Below are positions 34,606 to 49,206 of a stretch of DNA of 64,000 nucleotides, in pieces (the stretch's first letter is position 1; every line of letters begins with the position of its first letter). The stretch covers positions 528,281 through 592,280 of the forward strand of contig NMRA01000224.1 in the NCBI GenBank assembly GCA_002633005.1, written 5' to 3'. Source of the stretch: Phoronis australis (Eukaryota > Animalia > Phoronida). The notes under the pieces are model-generated. The model was not told the origin of the DNA, did no database searches, and worked only from the letters and a program-made list of their open reading frames with translations. The position numbers and the translations under genes were made by a program.

Positions 34606-37559
34606 TACATATGGAATTTGTGACCCACATGGCAGTTGTACAAACCTTCCATCAAGTAATTACAAGCACATCACGATCTTGAAATAACTTATAGAAATAA
34701 TCACAGAAACAAGCACTGATCTGGCAGAGACCGCAAATTACGTTTTTAGGCTGCCGTGAAATTTAGTTTACGTTATCTTTATGAAATAGCCATATTTCTG
34801 AGTTAAGTATCCACTCACTTTTCGTGAGACAGTCTCCAGCATTACTTCACAATTTTTTTCAAAAAAGGAGTAAAATCACGTCACCAGAGCAACGGTCAGC
34901 ACGATGGGCTGAACGTTCAATATACTTTAGAGAATTGTGGACTTCAAAGCATCACTTTCTAACTTCACACTTTCTCAAATTTTATAATAACAGTAGTTAT
35001 TGCAAATGCGGAAAGGTTGTTTTTCAGTAGTCCATGGTCGCATTATGCAGTGTTATAGAACAGGCATTACGTTACGTATGGTAATCACTTTCACCGTGTT
35101 TGTAACACTGTCATGCAACTATCATTTGTGTTAATGTTTTATAAGTGGAACCAATGTTAATCACACTTTGTATGCATGTATGCCTGCAACCACAAATGGT
35201 CAAGGCTCCACTTTGCTGAATTGCTCAATCACAGGTAAGAACACACAATTGTTAACATTAAAGTGTCGGTTGACAGTATACCTAATTTGCATGCATCTTG
35301 AGTGTCTGTTTTGAGACTCGTTGTATAATTTCCCAAAAAAGCAATCATAGTTGCTCACTTTCGCCTAGCTTTCGCAATAACATGTGCAACCTGGGCCGAA
35401 CAATATTTCGAGTTTCTATAACTGGTGTAGATAACACAATTTTTCTCAAGATGATATTTTCTTCTTCCAAAGCATCGTCGTCGTGACCCTACTCCTTGTT
35501 TGAATTTAAATCGGTAATTACAAAACATTCCTCTGGAATTTCAGTAACGTCATATTGCTAAAAACAAGCCGCCATGACAAGAAAAGACAAAATGGGTCTA
35601 CTAGGAAGCCTTAAATCTACCTATCAATTCGTCTTAAGCCTATAAGAATCCAAGATGAAACATGTTTTATAACAGTAAATTGTCAAAATCAAAAGTTGCT
35701 TTGACAAAATACGTGGGTTTATTGTCCCTTTAATAAAAAGTCCAACATAACAACACTCCCGCAAACAGGTTTCACTGAACTCAACGTGAACGTGCGGGGA
35801 AGTATGGAGTGGAATGAAAACAAATAAAATGGAGTTGATAGTGTTCGATTTACGTCACCATGCCGCTATTTTTGGATAGAAAAAATGTATTTTAAAAGCA
35901 AAAAATCGTGACAGGTGACGTATATTCAACTACTGTGGTGAAATATTGAATGTGAATGCAAGTTTTTACAACATCGTCCGCGACGCTACATGTATGTTTA
36001 AGTGTCTGATTTAATGGGTCAGCAAAGGTGTAGGCCTACACTGCTGGTGGCTGATAACAATGGAGATAAAGACAGAATGTTTTATTCTTAGATAATTTTG
36101 AGGCATATGTGAAAATTCGGACATAATCTAATCGTCATCTCCGTTTCCGCCAATAAGGAGCTTGATTCGGTTACAATTGGGTATGTACATGCAATACAAA
36201 TACACAAGCTGCAAGATAATGTTCTCAAAAATTTTCAATACAAATGTGTTTCGTCAGTCGAAGGATATTGCTTAATTTAAAAAATATTAAATACAAGTAA
36301 AGATAGATGACACTCTGTTTACACACCTAAGACACCAAGGACCAATTATCAGTACCGTGGCACCATTTAGTGCCCGAGAAGCGAACCACTTCCTAAACAG
36401 CCAACAGCATTCAATGAGCTTATGTGGTGATTTTGCGGAAGTAGGCCTTCCTTGTTGACTTCAGTTCTAATCAATAATGTCTTGACAGTTTTGAACGCAC
36501 TGAAGTCACAGATGGAACTTTGGTACGGGTACACATTGAGACCAGTGCAATGTTAAGTGGTCTCATTCATAACTCGTGTTTTCGCTTCGACAAGAGTGAT
36601 GTTTTTTTCCGGTGTTGACTGAACCCGTTAACTGTTTGAGTATGCGTTGTAAATGATATGTTGCCACACCGTTACCAATGATTTCTTTTTTCACAAAAAA
36701 GTAAATTTTTAGAATAAAATCCGAATCAAGCAAATCAGAGCTAGCTTCGCTGAATACTGGATACCGGCACTGCAGGCGTGGCAAAAAAATGTCAGTGAGA
36801 AATGGTACAGGTGTCGTTAAATAATTTGTTAAGAATGCGCAGTCCTCCAAAAAGATAGTGAGAATTTTGACTGGTGCTGATGGATGTTGTCATACCCACC
36901 TGGCTGTTCTTGGGGCATATGATATAGCTTTGAATAGAGTCACAGGGAATTTAACCACACCCGGTCGATCCNCCCCCCCCCCCCCCGTCGACACCAATAT
37001 GTTTTCATTGGATGTTCTGCCCTCCCAATTAACTGATGCTTTGCCTGAATTCTCCCTAATGCGGCTATAGATCCGCCTATCTTCACCTTGGTTTAGACCA
37101 CTCGCCAGTATGAAATAAGACACTCATTTTTCGTTTATCAAATGTGAGATGATTTCAGGCATTTGGAACATCTGCCCAAGTTGTGTTGTTTCGGCGTAAC
37201 AGTTTATGCTCTGCCCACAACTTAATTAACAAGAAACGAACTGCCAGTTGGAAACCCGCTTCTCATCTGAGTAAAGACCAAGTTGAAATCAATTTAGGGC
37301 GGCGAGTGGCCTAAATCGAAAATCGCTTCTTTGACACCGAGAACACGGGTTAACGTGTACAGCCCTTTAATTGTTTGCCCTAGTAAGGAGGAAGGCATCT
37401 GACCCACTGGACGCCGGGGTGACTGGCTTCGTACTGGCCTTGGTGACGTCACTCCGTCAGATTTATGGGGCTATTCGGAAAATTTACAGTAACTAGAGGG
37501 CGCCCGTGCACTAGTACTTGGTGATAGATAAGCAGCCTCGATTTCGTCAGCCCTTTAGA

Positions 37560-38275
37560 CACATGGTGAAATGGCTTGCAGCCGTGCCAACTGAATCTGA
37601 CATTGCGTGAAAAGGGTGCTTCTATGAGAAGAATTAAGCACGCCCTTATACAAAGGTAAGGTTTGTGATTATATTAACGATTACTCCATGTTTACTCTAC
37701 AGATGCCTGTTAACTCAGGAACTCGCCGATGTCGACTTCGCGGCAGTCACCAGTCGGGTTAATCTTTTTTTTTTGATGTGTGTTACGATACTTGACGTAG
37801 CACTCGGGATATTCGTACATTAAAGCAGTATTATTGTTTGGAATGATTTCCAACAGGTTTATCAGTGACATTTACATCAATCAATGTTGAATGTTTATGC
37901 TGTCAATATTGGTTAGTTAAGATTACAACCCAAGCCCAATGGCAAAAGGTACGTGACAAATATCCATTAGACTTTTTGTTTACTTCCTATCCTATGTCTT
38001 CCGGTAATCTATTACCCGTTGAATTGGAATCGATCATGTCTGTTTTCACGTGACCTTTGTTTTTTTTAGGTTTGAGGGCTTGTACCGTGCAGAGGAGATA
38101 TGCATCGCTTCTGCACCGTCTCTGAATGGACAAAAATTGGTTTTAAGAATTTGACTGCAGGTAACCAGCAAGATCTTCCCATCCAGTGCAGATCTGTTGC
38201 CAAAGCCTACTTTCTATATTGGAGACAACGAACAAAGCCTTTGAAAAGGAACAGCTATTCTTAAAGAAAGTTATG
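37560..38275 (+). pseudogene. Disrupted spliced second ORF of the 37467-40195 element
   Basis: Exon-like blocks with AG|GTAAGG, ctacag|, tttttag| and TAT|GTAAGT sites; reading frame has in-frame stops. Confidence 0.35.
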
Positions 38276-38549
38276 TAAGTCATTTTCTTAATTTACTTAT
38301 TCAGGTCCTTAGCAGGGGATTGGCATAGGGGGTTGGGGTTGTAATATTTGGTGCAACTGAATGTGTGGAAATAACAGGTACTACATGTCTGAGGGAAAGA
38401 GCATGGTGAGGTAATTCTTAACCTTCATGAAGCTCCTTCAAGTTTATTTCATGAAACTGTTTTGCTATCAATTACATGTATAAACCCATAAAAATATATT
38501 ACATTTTCTGAATTCTCAGTGCCTGAATAGTCTTAACTCATGCCCTGAA

Positions 38550-38700
38550 CAGTGGCCAAGTGGACTATGCCCCCCCCCCCCTAAAATTCTCCCAGATTCC
38601 ATTTGGTGGTACAGGGTTGCGAATGCCTGACGGGCAAAATCCTGGTTAATACTCTGCCCTGCTCCCCCCCCCCTAACTCAAAGTCTTGGATCCGCCCCTG
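38550..38700. mobile_element. hAT-like MITE family Z nested in the ISL2EU-like element
   Basis: CTAAAATTCTCCCAGATTCC...GGATCCGCCCCTG as in 15424-15583; flanks CTGAA/CTAAA. Confidence 0.75.
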
Positions 38701-39394
38701 CTAAAATGTCGCAAGTCGTTTATAAATTCAAATGACTGCCCTGTTTTGTGAAAATTGCATTTTTGATGGTGCCTTACGATTTGTAATTACTCTTAAAAAA
38801 GAGAAAGATTATCCATCATTTTTAAATGACCCAAGTCTTCATATCTTTTTATTAGAAGAAAAATAAAAAGTTTGAGATACGGTTCCCTCAGCCTTAAACT
38901 AGAAGTATGCTTGACAGACCCATGGTTATGTAAACAGAGTTCAAAATTGCTGAAAGTATCAAGAATAAAAAGGCTTGAAAATGGGTAGCAAATTTTTGAA
39001 ATTGTCTCAAAAAACTTGCATATTTTGCAGACAAGTGATGCGTTTAAAGAATTGTTTTGGCTACGAATGGAAAATAAAGACGCAGTTTTATAAAATACTT
39101 ATTATATACACCCTTGCTTTCTGAAAATAGTAATTATTAAACTTTGTGTGAAATTTTAGAGCAGTCACCGTATCATATTTTTTAAAAACAGGGGTAGCAT
39201 TTTTTACCAAACCAGGAGTACTTAATTATTCGTATTTCAATATTTGTTCCAGGTTCAGTGACATTTTAAGGCCACTTCAAGCTGCAACATAGACAAGCTT
39301 TGTTACTCCTTTCTCTTCCCACAGCATTTCCACACACCAGCACTGCTGCATGGCACAATGTAAGTCAGTGGCAATGGAGAAATGTGAATCGCAG

Positions 39395-40090
39395 TACTAA
39401 GAGACCATAAGACAATGTGCCTGTGGATTGTCTGTGTATGAAGAGGAGCTATATCTGACTGCTACACAAGTCAGCCTCGCAATGTTACGACATTTATTGA
39501 ACAGCTTATTCATGTTAATTCCGCAACTAATCTGATAGCCCTGGGGGTGGGGGCCGCTATAAAATAAGGAAACTCACTCATCTAGAGATTTTTATTGGAC
39601 ATAGCATACCTTTGAAGAGAAACTGCTGTGAAAAAGACACCCTTGACTTCTGAGTGTCACGTACCATACACCTCTTATGTTGGGCGCATTCCCACCCAGG
39701 ACAATATGTGAATATGTGCTGCTAGCCTACCCAGCATCCGAATCCCGGGTGAGTTTCCGAAAAGAGACACTTAGTTCCAATCAATAAATTATTCAGTGGG
39801 GTAGCTGGTGGGAATAACATCACCGAACGATGTCGATAGAAACTGGTTGCTAAAAACTTACCAAATAACGTTACAGCATGTAGTCTCCCAATGGTCAATG
39901 GAAATGCGAAGGGCAAACACGGGGCTTCGGCATCCACACACTTTTTGTCAGTTGGTTGACCTTTTTGACCGCAAATCTCCTCGAATGTAGTAACCTTGGG
40001 ACTTTTGGGAATTTGTGACCACCTGTCGAAGACTTGCACCAGGAAAAATAGCAATAATAAGGGTTATCGCGACGACGTTTTTGGTAACAT
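39395..40090 (-). pseudogene. Disrupted THAP + IS5-like (DDE_Tnp_4) transposase remnant
   Basis: Frame not in the ORF track: YYCYFSWCKSSTGGHKFPKVPRL...AVKK...WMPKPRVCPSHF* (39895-40090); frameshifted GDVIPTS, RVSFSQQFLF and NPQAHCLMVS*Y further down. Confidence 0.65.
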
Positions 40091-42157
40091 TTCCGTCTTT
40101 TTACCAGCTGTTTACATGCAGACAGCGACGCATGCGCAATTCAATCACCACTAGTAAAGCAGCGACACCTCGTGGAGAATTCTCCGAATAGCCCCATTTC
40201 ACTTCCTCCGGCTTCTGTCACGTATATAATGCATCAGGCCTGTCGCCGCCAAAATTAATGATGCCTCATTAATTTTTTTAACTCTTCCTTGAGTAAACTT
40301 AATTATTTACCCGGGTGTGGGAAAATTGACGTTTTTCAAATATTCTGCTGCGAAAATTGCTATGCCCTCTTTGGGCGCCATTGCGTCACCTATTGGCCAA
40401 GTTCCATGTTCTCCCATCAACTGTGAGGTTGCCTACCTGTCATAAAAATCGGAAGTGACTTCATTTTGTTACAAGTTTTTACTATTCTAATACCAGAAAA
40501 CCAAATTTCAGAATAAACTCTCGAGAGATATCGCAAAGTTTTAGGGAATGGCGCGTACGTTCGCGTGTCACGAGTATGCACTGTTTTCAAAACGACGACA
40601 GATTTTCCTTTGTTGAAAAGGCGGAGAATTACGAAAAATAACGTTTATTAGATTTTTTTTACTTCTATGAACGGCTGTAACGGGCAAGGGGAATGTCGGT
40701 TCATTCCCAGATTCTGCATGCACCCTTGCAGGTTGTTAGCTTTTAGGTTCACGACGAGGTGACGAGCTGAGCACTCGAGTTGTGTGAAATTTTGGTGTTT
40801 AACGGAGCTCTACACACGGCTACAGTGTATGTTGACGATACTCTTTATACAGCTAACTGGTTTTGTACCTCGGTATGTACATTTATGATGAAACTTTTGT
40901 AAATACATCTATATACTTTGTGTACTATACAATATTTTTATATGCATTCTTAGTTTTCATTTTAAAAGAGTACCGCAGCCGCACATCTTGCCTACTAAAA
41001 TCTGAGTGACAGAAGCTTGAAGCTTTGAACACGGTCTCTTCAATTAAGAATTATTTCTGTCTCTTTCGATGAACACTAGGCCTATTTTTAGGTGTAGCTA
41101 TTTCCCCTCGGCGTTTCCCACTAGCTGCTACGAGTAACGGATAGTTCATTTATATTCATATACACTCAGGGTTTTTAAGGACGCTTTTTTCTGAGTGGAA
41201 TGGAATTTGAACACTCGATCTCTGATTTTTTCTTTAGTGTTGTTGCTAAAATATACTTTTCTGTTAAGGCATTTCCACCACATGCTGAGTAATTGTGAAC
41301 TCGTTGATTCACGCTGAGTTGTTGCCGGTAGTGCTCGTAGCACTTCTTATTAAGGACATGTAACTTTCTACGGATGACTGACCTCTGTGTTCGAGTGAGA
41401 AACACTCATATTTCGTCATCTGATATTATTCTCACTTAACACAGAAATGATTGTTTGGGGTGAATGCAAACTTCACTGACTATATGAACACTCCACCCAA
41501 CAGGAAGCTGATATAGACGCTATACGTCCTGTGGAAGTCCTCCTGAAATACAACAAGCACGTGTTTATGATGCGTATCAAGGATTTACGGTACTCTATCA
41601 TGGCCTTGTAGTGCAATCATCTTTATTTACTCAGGTTGTCGGGCGACAACTTCACATTCAAGAGTTAAAACATGGCAAAGGTTTCTGTGCGTTATAGAAG
41701 GGAATTATTGGCGATAATTGTAAATATTTAAGGACTGGATTACTGACATATAGTCTCCAGCAGTTGAGTGAGTGCTGGATAATGGCGGAGTTTGGTGGTT
41801 GAGAGTTTAGGTAAGAGTGCGTGCTTGACTTGAAGGATGGAATGTGTGTGGCAGGTTTTCAAATTTACGCTGAAGTCTGGGCGCGCTTGCAGGGTCTTGA
41901 CAATGTCGAAGTGATATGTGATATTGTTACAGTGTGCAGTTTTCCGTAGTTATTCAACAGAGCTATTTGTTGTGTTATATGCATTGTGATCACACTAGTT
42001 TTTACGCTGAGGATAAAACGCCCAACACAAGAGACGCGGCTGTGACACATAGCGTGCTATACTTTGTGCTTCATCTCAGTGTTAGTTTCACCGGCTCTGT
42101 AACTTGAACACGCAAAACCATCAGATGTTACATGTATATTTTGTGCAGCGAAATGTT

Positions 42158-42239
42158 CATGAATAACGTACGGTACGAACAGGAGACATGAATAACGGTA
42201 CGAACAGGCGACATGAATAACGGTACGAACAGGCGACAT
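42158..42239. repeat. 25-bp minisatellite x3
   Basis: CATGAATAACGGTACGAACAGGCGA repeated. Confidence 0.9.
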
Positions 42240-45200
42240 TTCATCGTTATGTCGTAGAGTTCATTAAAATAAAATTACAGTGGTTCATCGCGTGTGTCCT
42301 ATTAAAAAGGCTTGGCTAACTACAAATCAGTAATTTTGTTGCTCGAGAACAGATGATTGGTAAGATGCTAAACGTGTACGCATTCCAGCGATTGGTGTGA
42401 AAAACAAACGTATGAAATTGCCAATTTTGTTAAGTGATTCATTTCTTGATTTAATCAATGCCCGTTGTTTGAGCCTGTGGCCGTGTACATCTACAGTAGT
42501 ATTCTTTGAACTGGGATACCGAGGTCTCACGAACCGACAAGCCAACCAGGTTACACGATTTCACGTACACGTTGAGACTCAGTGAAATATGTCAACATTT
42601 ACATTGATTGCAAAACAGTTTGTCAGAACACCGTAATTTATTTGGACTAATTAAAGCATACGACTACCGTTTTGACGCTCTCCTAGTTACAGATATTTTT
42701 TCACCTCGTAACTTATCTCGCACAATTCGTTCCCAGCCTCGACTGAGCATGGCGCATTTGTTTATATATTACAATAATGTTCACTTCAGCTGACTTAAAA
42801 ATAGCATCACTACCTCGTAGAATCTGTATGAATTTGTCTTGTAAACCTGTTAACCTTCGGCGGAACCAAGTGAGCGATCCGAACCATCTTTAGAAAAGGG
42901 TTGCAAACAGAAAACACAGGGAATTAAACGACTTGATTTCTATAGGCCTCTGGGCGAAAAGTTGACCACACTAAATTTCATTATAGGAATCTCTTGAGAA
43001 GCCTATCGTTTTACTTGGACCCCCGGTTTCGAAACTGAAATTTTTAATTCATTTTTTTAAACTCGTGATGTCATTCACAATGTGTGTGTGAGTAACAAGT
43101 AATCGTTAATCATTGTGTAAGAGATATGGTGAGAGCAGTCGCTGAGCATGCAAGGCGATGTAGAATGCATGCATCAATAAAGTACCTTAAACATCGCAAA
43201 TGTTTCCTCGTGATTTCACCTACCGAGTTGGCAAGTGCCTAACAAAAACGTGTAGGTTTTACTAAGTGGATCTACTAATTGACGTAAACAAAACAGCGTT
43301 TTGGTTTCAAAAATTTGCGCTATGTTTGACACAACCTTGTTAGAGATATTTGAAGGCTGGGTTATGGTACTCGGGCTCATTCTGATATTTGAGAACGTAA
43401 TGTCAAATGTTAGTGGAAAAATACCTCCTGTGCTAGAAACCTAACCCGCGTCTAAATTATGGGTGTTAACTCTTTCAAACTGGCTTATTGAATTTCTGTT
43501 AACAAACCAGTTACTCTGTATACCAGCATTAAGTGAGGTATAAAAAACGTCAACTGAGACTTTTCACTTGATGTAGGCCACCGTGAGGTAAATAATTATC
43601 TTCGTATGCACACCAGTACGACATTTACTGAAGCATCATTAGCGTAGCACATGTTGCAAACCCAAAGTATCATAATTATTTCGGGGGGGCCCTTGTTGCA
43701 CTATTGCCGCCACTGAAAATGGTCCCAAAGTGCGTCGCCTTACGTCACAGGCTGTGGAGTACCGCAGTAACCAACCATCACCAACTTGCTCCATTTGCTT
43801 GGAGCTTGTTCAAAACAAACGCCAAATTTCGCCGGTCTAGCTTGGAACGCAGTCAAAACGTGATAAGTTCGCGAAGATCACGGGACAAGCTTCGTAATAT
43901 CTTGACGAACGCAGTGCTCGTGCAGCGCACGCGAGGCGAAGACGCAGCGAAATCGTGCTGCATTTACAACGACTTTACCACGACCACGGCACGATGACTA
44001 GCGTCATGCACGCTAATATGCTGTACAAGAGGCGACATCGAGGCCCTTCGGTACCCATTTTCTGTCGCCGTAGCAGCCGGCTTGGTGTTCTAAATGAGGA
44101 ATACATGTAACTGCGAATATCATTTCATCCTGTGACGATGAGGTATCGGCGATATAACGCTTCAAACGAGGTACTACGAAATCTGTGACTGTAGACACGG
44201 TGCATTTTTGCCATTAAATTAAATGAAATTAAAGACCAATCAATTCATGATAGACGAAACAAGCAATGAAAAACTTTCAAATGCTTTTAAGCGACAGTGT
44301 TTATTTTCTTAAACGGCTTCTGTGTTCTGAAACGTCATTCTTTTTCGTTTTATTGAGAAATAATTCACCAGTAGAAGGATACTGGCGTGGACATCGCCAG
44401 GACCTTATTTCATAGTTATAGAGACAAGTACCGCATGCAAAAGGGATGAACATTCGCTCAAGTGATGAGGGCGTCACAATCAACAAGTTTGAGTTCGTGT
44501 CAACCGCTGTGGAAGCAACGCATCAACTCGATCATGTTCCATAATGTTAGAATGAACTATGAAGATTAGTCAAATGGTGTAATCGCTGGTTGATAGAGGT
44601 AAGTAGGTGCCTCGCTTTTATTCTATGTTTGACGAATCCAAGGGAATTAGGTAAAAAACCGAGTGGTTGATGTCACCAGCCGGACTGCCATAGCACTACC
44701 TGTCGGCATTGTCAATGTCTGCTTCGACTACGTGCACTGTACATTGTTTGTGCATTTTGTGCAAGTGTGCAAAAATTAAGAGTCAAGGAACGGTAGAAGA
44801 TATCGTAGGCTTCTGACTCCCGTTCCCCAAACACCGTGCTGTGACCACCGGGGATTTTATTTAAGACGTTACTGTTTGTGTTTTAGTTTCGAAGGGCGGA
44901 TGACTCCCCGGAAAACATTGTCCCAACCGGACAATGATTTAGTATTATACACTGTAGCTTGCAACATGGGCACCAGTAATTTACAGAACTCGCAAAATTG
45001 CTATTTAACCCAAACACTTAATTTTCATGATTTTTTAGAATCGTAACACATGTACTTTACATTGTATGGTAATAAAATGATAATATTTGATATGTATATT
45101 TCGTAGAATAACACAGTGCCATATGGCTTTATAGATACTTATTAAGTCATCCTTTATTAATTTCAGTTTGTGTGTCAAAAGTTGAGCTCAACCTTCCCAA

Positions 45201-45618
45201 ACGCACACTTTTACATGTACTAGTGTTATACAAGCCAATGGTTTCACCGATGACCCAGGTCTACACTGTTATGAGGAATGGTTACTAGAAGGTTGTGATT
45301 TTTGTTTTCATTTTATTTTATTGTTCTTTATTGCTACGGATCTCACGCATATTCTCGAATTATTTTGCAAGGTCTGAGCCCAAGTTAGTATATCATTTAC
45401 GTGTAACAAGAAATTCCCGTGTACTTTTAACTAACTGGTTCTGGAATTTGTAGAAATGTTCTTGTTTTACAATAATAAGAACCTGAATTTTTGGTGTAGA
45501 AGAGACTCATTGTCCATTTTTCCTCGTTCCTTTTTGCCAAACTCTACATACACAAGGGATTTATTAATGGACCTGAGATACGCAGGCGACTCAACTTCTT
45601 GTAACGGTGCATTGGTTG

Positions 45619-45773
45619 CAGTTCTGTAGTGGTAATATTAGAGGTAAGTAGGCGCCCAAAGCCCACCGTATCACATTGAGCACTCAATATAATTACGGTG
45701 CGTAGGCGCTACGTTCAAATGCGAAAAGGTGGGTTGCTGTGCCTACATGCGCCTACGCCCCACTACAGCTCTG
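45619..45773. mobile_element. hAT MITE with 8-bp TSD ATTGGTTG
   Basis: CAGTTCTGTAGTGG / CCACTACAGCTCTG; exact 8-bp flanking duplication. Confidence 0.85.
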
Positions 45774-47146
45774 ATTGGTTGTCCTCTCGTTCTTCTTGAT
45801 GTTTCCGAAGAGTATTGACTGTAATTCTTTCCTTGGTTCCATTATATAAGACTCAGTAACGCGTATTGTTCTCGTTTCAGCATTGTAGAACAAGACTATT
45901 TGATATTCAAATAAACGTTAAATGTATATTTTGTTCCTGAAGAACAGAAATATCACCGAGTTCCTCAGCGGGCACATTATTTTGATCTCAGAAGGAAATC
46001 ACGGTCGCATGTATTAAACACAGAGACGACCTGGGATTTTTTGAACAAGTATCCTTTATGGCATTTCGACTACACGTCGAAATACTAAAACATTACTACA
46101 CTCCTGTGGTGTCAAGACGAAATGTGGTATAAGAATCCAGAAGCTGATTAAACTCGCCATTAATTAAAAGCAAGTAGCTATGTTGTCCATAAATGAGGGT
46201 CTACCTGGGATAACAACAGGTGCCACTCACACACGTTAAGTACAAATTCATTTCGTTCAGTGCCAGGTGATCACATTCAAGGAGTATCATCGGCAAGAAA
46301 AGCAATTTTAAAGAATTTTCGAAATCAGCCTCGGTAAAGAATCGAAACTCGAATTCCTAGGTCGCAGTCACGGTCTAATACGCGTCTGATGACATTAAAT
46401 CCCACTCGATAAATGTCAGATTATTTTAAGTGTATTTTACTGGTAAAGTCGCCGACCTTGATTTCAACAAATGTCTCGCAGACAACGGCAAGAATTGACA
46501 TTTCTGCACTAAAATCGCATAACCACATCGGATTCTGTTATTTTCTAGTTGTGGGACATGTGTCGTGAAAAAGGACTTGAGACTTAAATGATACTCTGCA
46601 CAATTCAACTCAGTTGAAAACTTCATTATAATGGACTTCAACGCTAATTATTTTAGTCAAAACATAAAGATGCATAGTCTCATCAAAATGTGAATATGCA
46701 AATGAAGTACCAATTAACAGACAATCCCAGGTCCTCCAGTGTGCTGGAAAACAACCGAGAAACAGTTAAAATTGCAATTTCGCGAATGTCTCGTTTTGTG
46801 AGACTATTTTTACGTAAATGGGCATTGCCGTTACCGAAATGAAACACGGCGACTTTTTATTATTTGCTTTTTTCATTACCAAATAACGATGGCATAATAT
46901 TTGGAATTACTAGGAATTTTTATATGTTCACACTTGTTTTAATTGCATCAGTCGTCGAATTTTCCTGACAATACTTGTACACACAGTTCTCCAGGAAGTC
47001 ACTAAGTAGCACTTGCTTCAAATTTAATTATTCACGGTTTTAATGAGACATAGCATCTTTCAGCTTAAATACTGCTCATCCAACACATCTCCAAAAAATT
47101 TTAAACTGACTTCTCCGTGATGTTTTTATTAATTTTTGTTTTTATC

Positions 47147-47959
47147 GGTGCACCACCACCTAAGATGGCCGACGTAGTGAGTGACAGCAGACACATACAT
47201 AATGGATACTCGATACACTCCCGACATATGAAATGAGGCACCTGAGAAAACATGCCCCATTAAAAAAAAATAAAATTAATTGTAAAGTAATGCAAACACA
47301 AATAGAGATGAAGATTTTAAAATACTTGGGATTTAGTGATATGTTTGACTGACGAAATATATTCTGCTCTAAACAAGTGAATGCAAAGTATTGAGTATCT
47401 TTAAGTCAGACACTTAGTATTACGATCCACGCAACTATTTATAAAAACAACATATATCTTACTACGAAGTCTCGGGGAATTCAAATAATTGTTCATTATT
47501 GAGACAATATATCTAACTTATTTGTGGACTGTGATGCGCTTATAATTAATTGGTTAAACCTTTTGTGAAGTGGGACCGTCTGTCTTGTGTCTTGAGTTTC
47601 TTTCATGAATCAGTCTCGTGGTCACAGCTAATAGCTTCAGGAAACTTATCCTATCCTACAATAATACTATAAATGCGTGTTTAGTTCAGCCCGGAAACCG
47701 ATTAATGTCTATTTAAAGATACGTTTTCCTTTTAATTCGGCACATTAGAACTCGGGTTGAGATTCGTCAGTCGAAAGACATCGTTAAAATATAAGCACTC
47801 CTGTTTGTCTCTGCCTTATTTTACTATTAACTACTTTTTAAGTGGGTTAGGTTCTGGTGGAAACTTCATTGCATGTGGCGGCAGTTTAGTGAGTACCTAT
47901 GACGCACGACTGTGTCAACTGTCACTCGCTATGGCGACCATTTTAGGTGGTAGTGCACC
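47147..47959. mobile_element. Element bounded by ~50-bp inverted repeats
   Basis: GGTGCACCACCACCTAAGATGGCCG...GACACA / TGTGTC...CGACCATTTTAGGTGGTAGTGCACC. Confidence 0.65.
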
Positions 47960-48349
47960 ACCAAAAGTTAAAATTAAACTAAAAGTCATATTAATTTCAA
48001 TTAAGTTTGAACTTGCATTAAAACCCGTGTTATGATGTTTTTAACTAAAATGAAGCGGAGAGAGTACACTTAAATGCATGTCTCACGGCTCATACTGCAG
48101 CAGGTGCATGCGCGGCTATAACCCCCAGCCCCCCTGTGGTGCACCGCCGATTGACTATGGGCTGCTGTGTTACCAATATGTTAAAACCTCGTTAGTATTT
48201 AAAATTTCAAATTTTATTCTGAAAATTCCCCGGCTTCCATAAGGCCACCGTGCTTTTGTTTACATAGCGTGTCACGCGCTGTCTGGCTTGCGAGTACAAT
48301 CGTGTCACCTCCATGTATTTAGCTCATTGGGAGAGTGAAAATTACTAAC

Positions 48350-48506
48350 CAGTGGCGGATTTAGAGGGGGGCCAATTGGGCCATGGCCCCCCTAAAATTC
48401 TCCCAGATTCCATGTGGCAGTTGGGGGCTGCGATTGTCTGACGGGCAAAATCCTGGCTAATACACTGCTGTGGCTCCCTTAACTCGAAATCGTGGATCCG
48501 CCCCTG
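48350..48506. mobile_element. hAT-like MITE family Z
   Basis: CAGTGGCGGATTTAG / GGATCCGCCCCTG; flanks CTAAC/CCAAC. Confidence 0.85.
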
Positions 48507-49206
48507 CCAACACCCGACAAAAATGCTGTATTAAAACATGTCTGTTCAAACAAGCATACATGTGTTCATTCGCTTGACCATAGACTATAGACAACAGATT
48601 CGCAACTCCGACGTTTTCTTCCGTGGTATCCAAGAGGAGGCGCCACTCTCCTAAATTATCTGTTGCAGTTTCCGGTTAGTGTATTTTGACGGGAAATTCT
48701 CGCATCTACTTTACTGTCCAGTACAACGAAAAAGTAAATTCGGGATTGAAACAATGTTCAAAGTTTTCCAATAGTAGAACTGTTGGTATCGTGAGTACTT
48801 TTGGCAATGCCACTGCTAATTATTTACAAAATTTAAACTTCGGTGCCGACAGATTATGTCGTCTTGCACAATAGCAGCATGATTATCGGACAGTTTTTGA
48901 TTCATGGTTCACATACTGAGAAAACTACGAAAACATATTTGTGCTCAAATTCTAAGGAGTACCTGTGAATGCAAAAGTTACTTATATAACGTTTTTGTTT
49001 AAGAAAAAAAGTAATTTTGTTCGGATAAAAAATGCACCTCTGCAAGTTTCACTGGTCTAACCTTTCTATGTTTATAATTCAACAACAGTAAGCAGTTCTT
49101 CTTGGAAGTGTTAAATGGCACTTCAAAGTGCCGTTAGTTGTACTGTGCATGAGACTCAGCCTTTAGGTACAGCGTAAAATGGTTCTTAAAAGAACCGCTG
49201 AATAAT

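Larger units (their letters stand above)
37467..40195 (-). mobile_element. Decayed ISL2EU/Harbinger-group DNA transposon
   Basis: TIRs GGGGCTATTCGGAAAATT / AATTCTCCGAATAGCCCC, AT on both flanks, THAP remnant at right end on - strand. Confidence 0.7.

Noticed and set aside
34420-34687. HTYI/YVCM repeat ORFs
   Set aside because: Translation of a (CATA)n microsatellite
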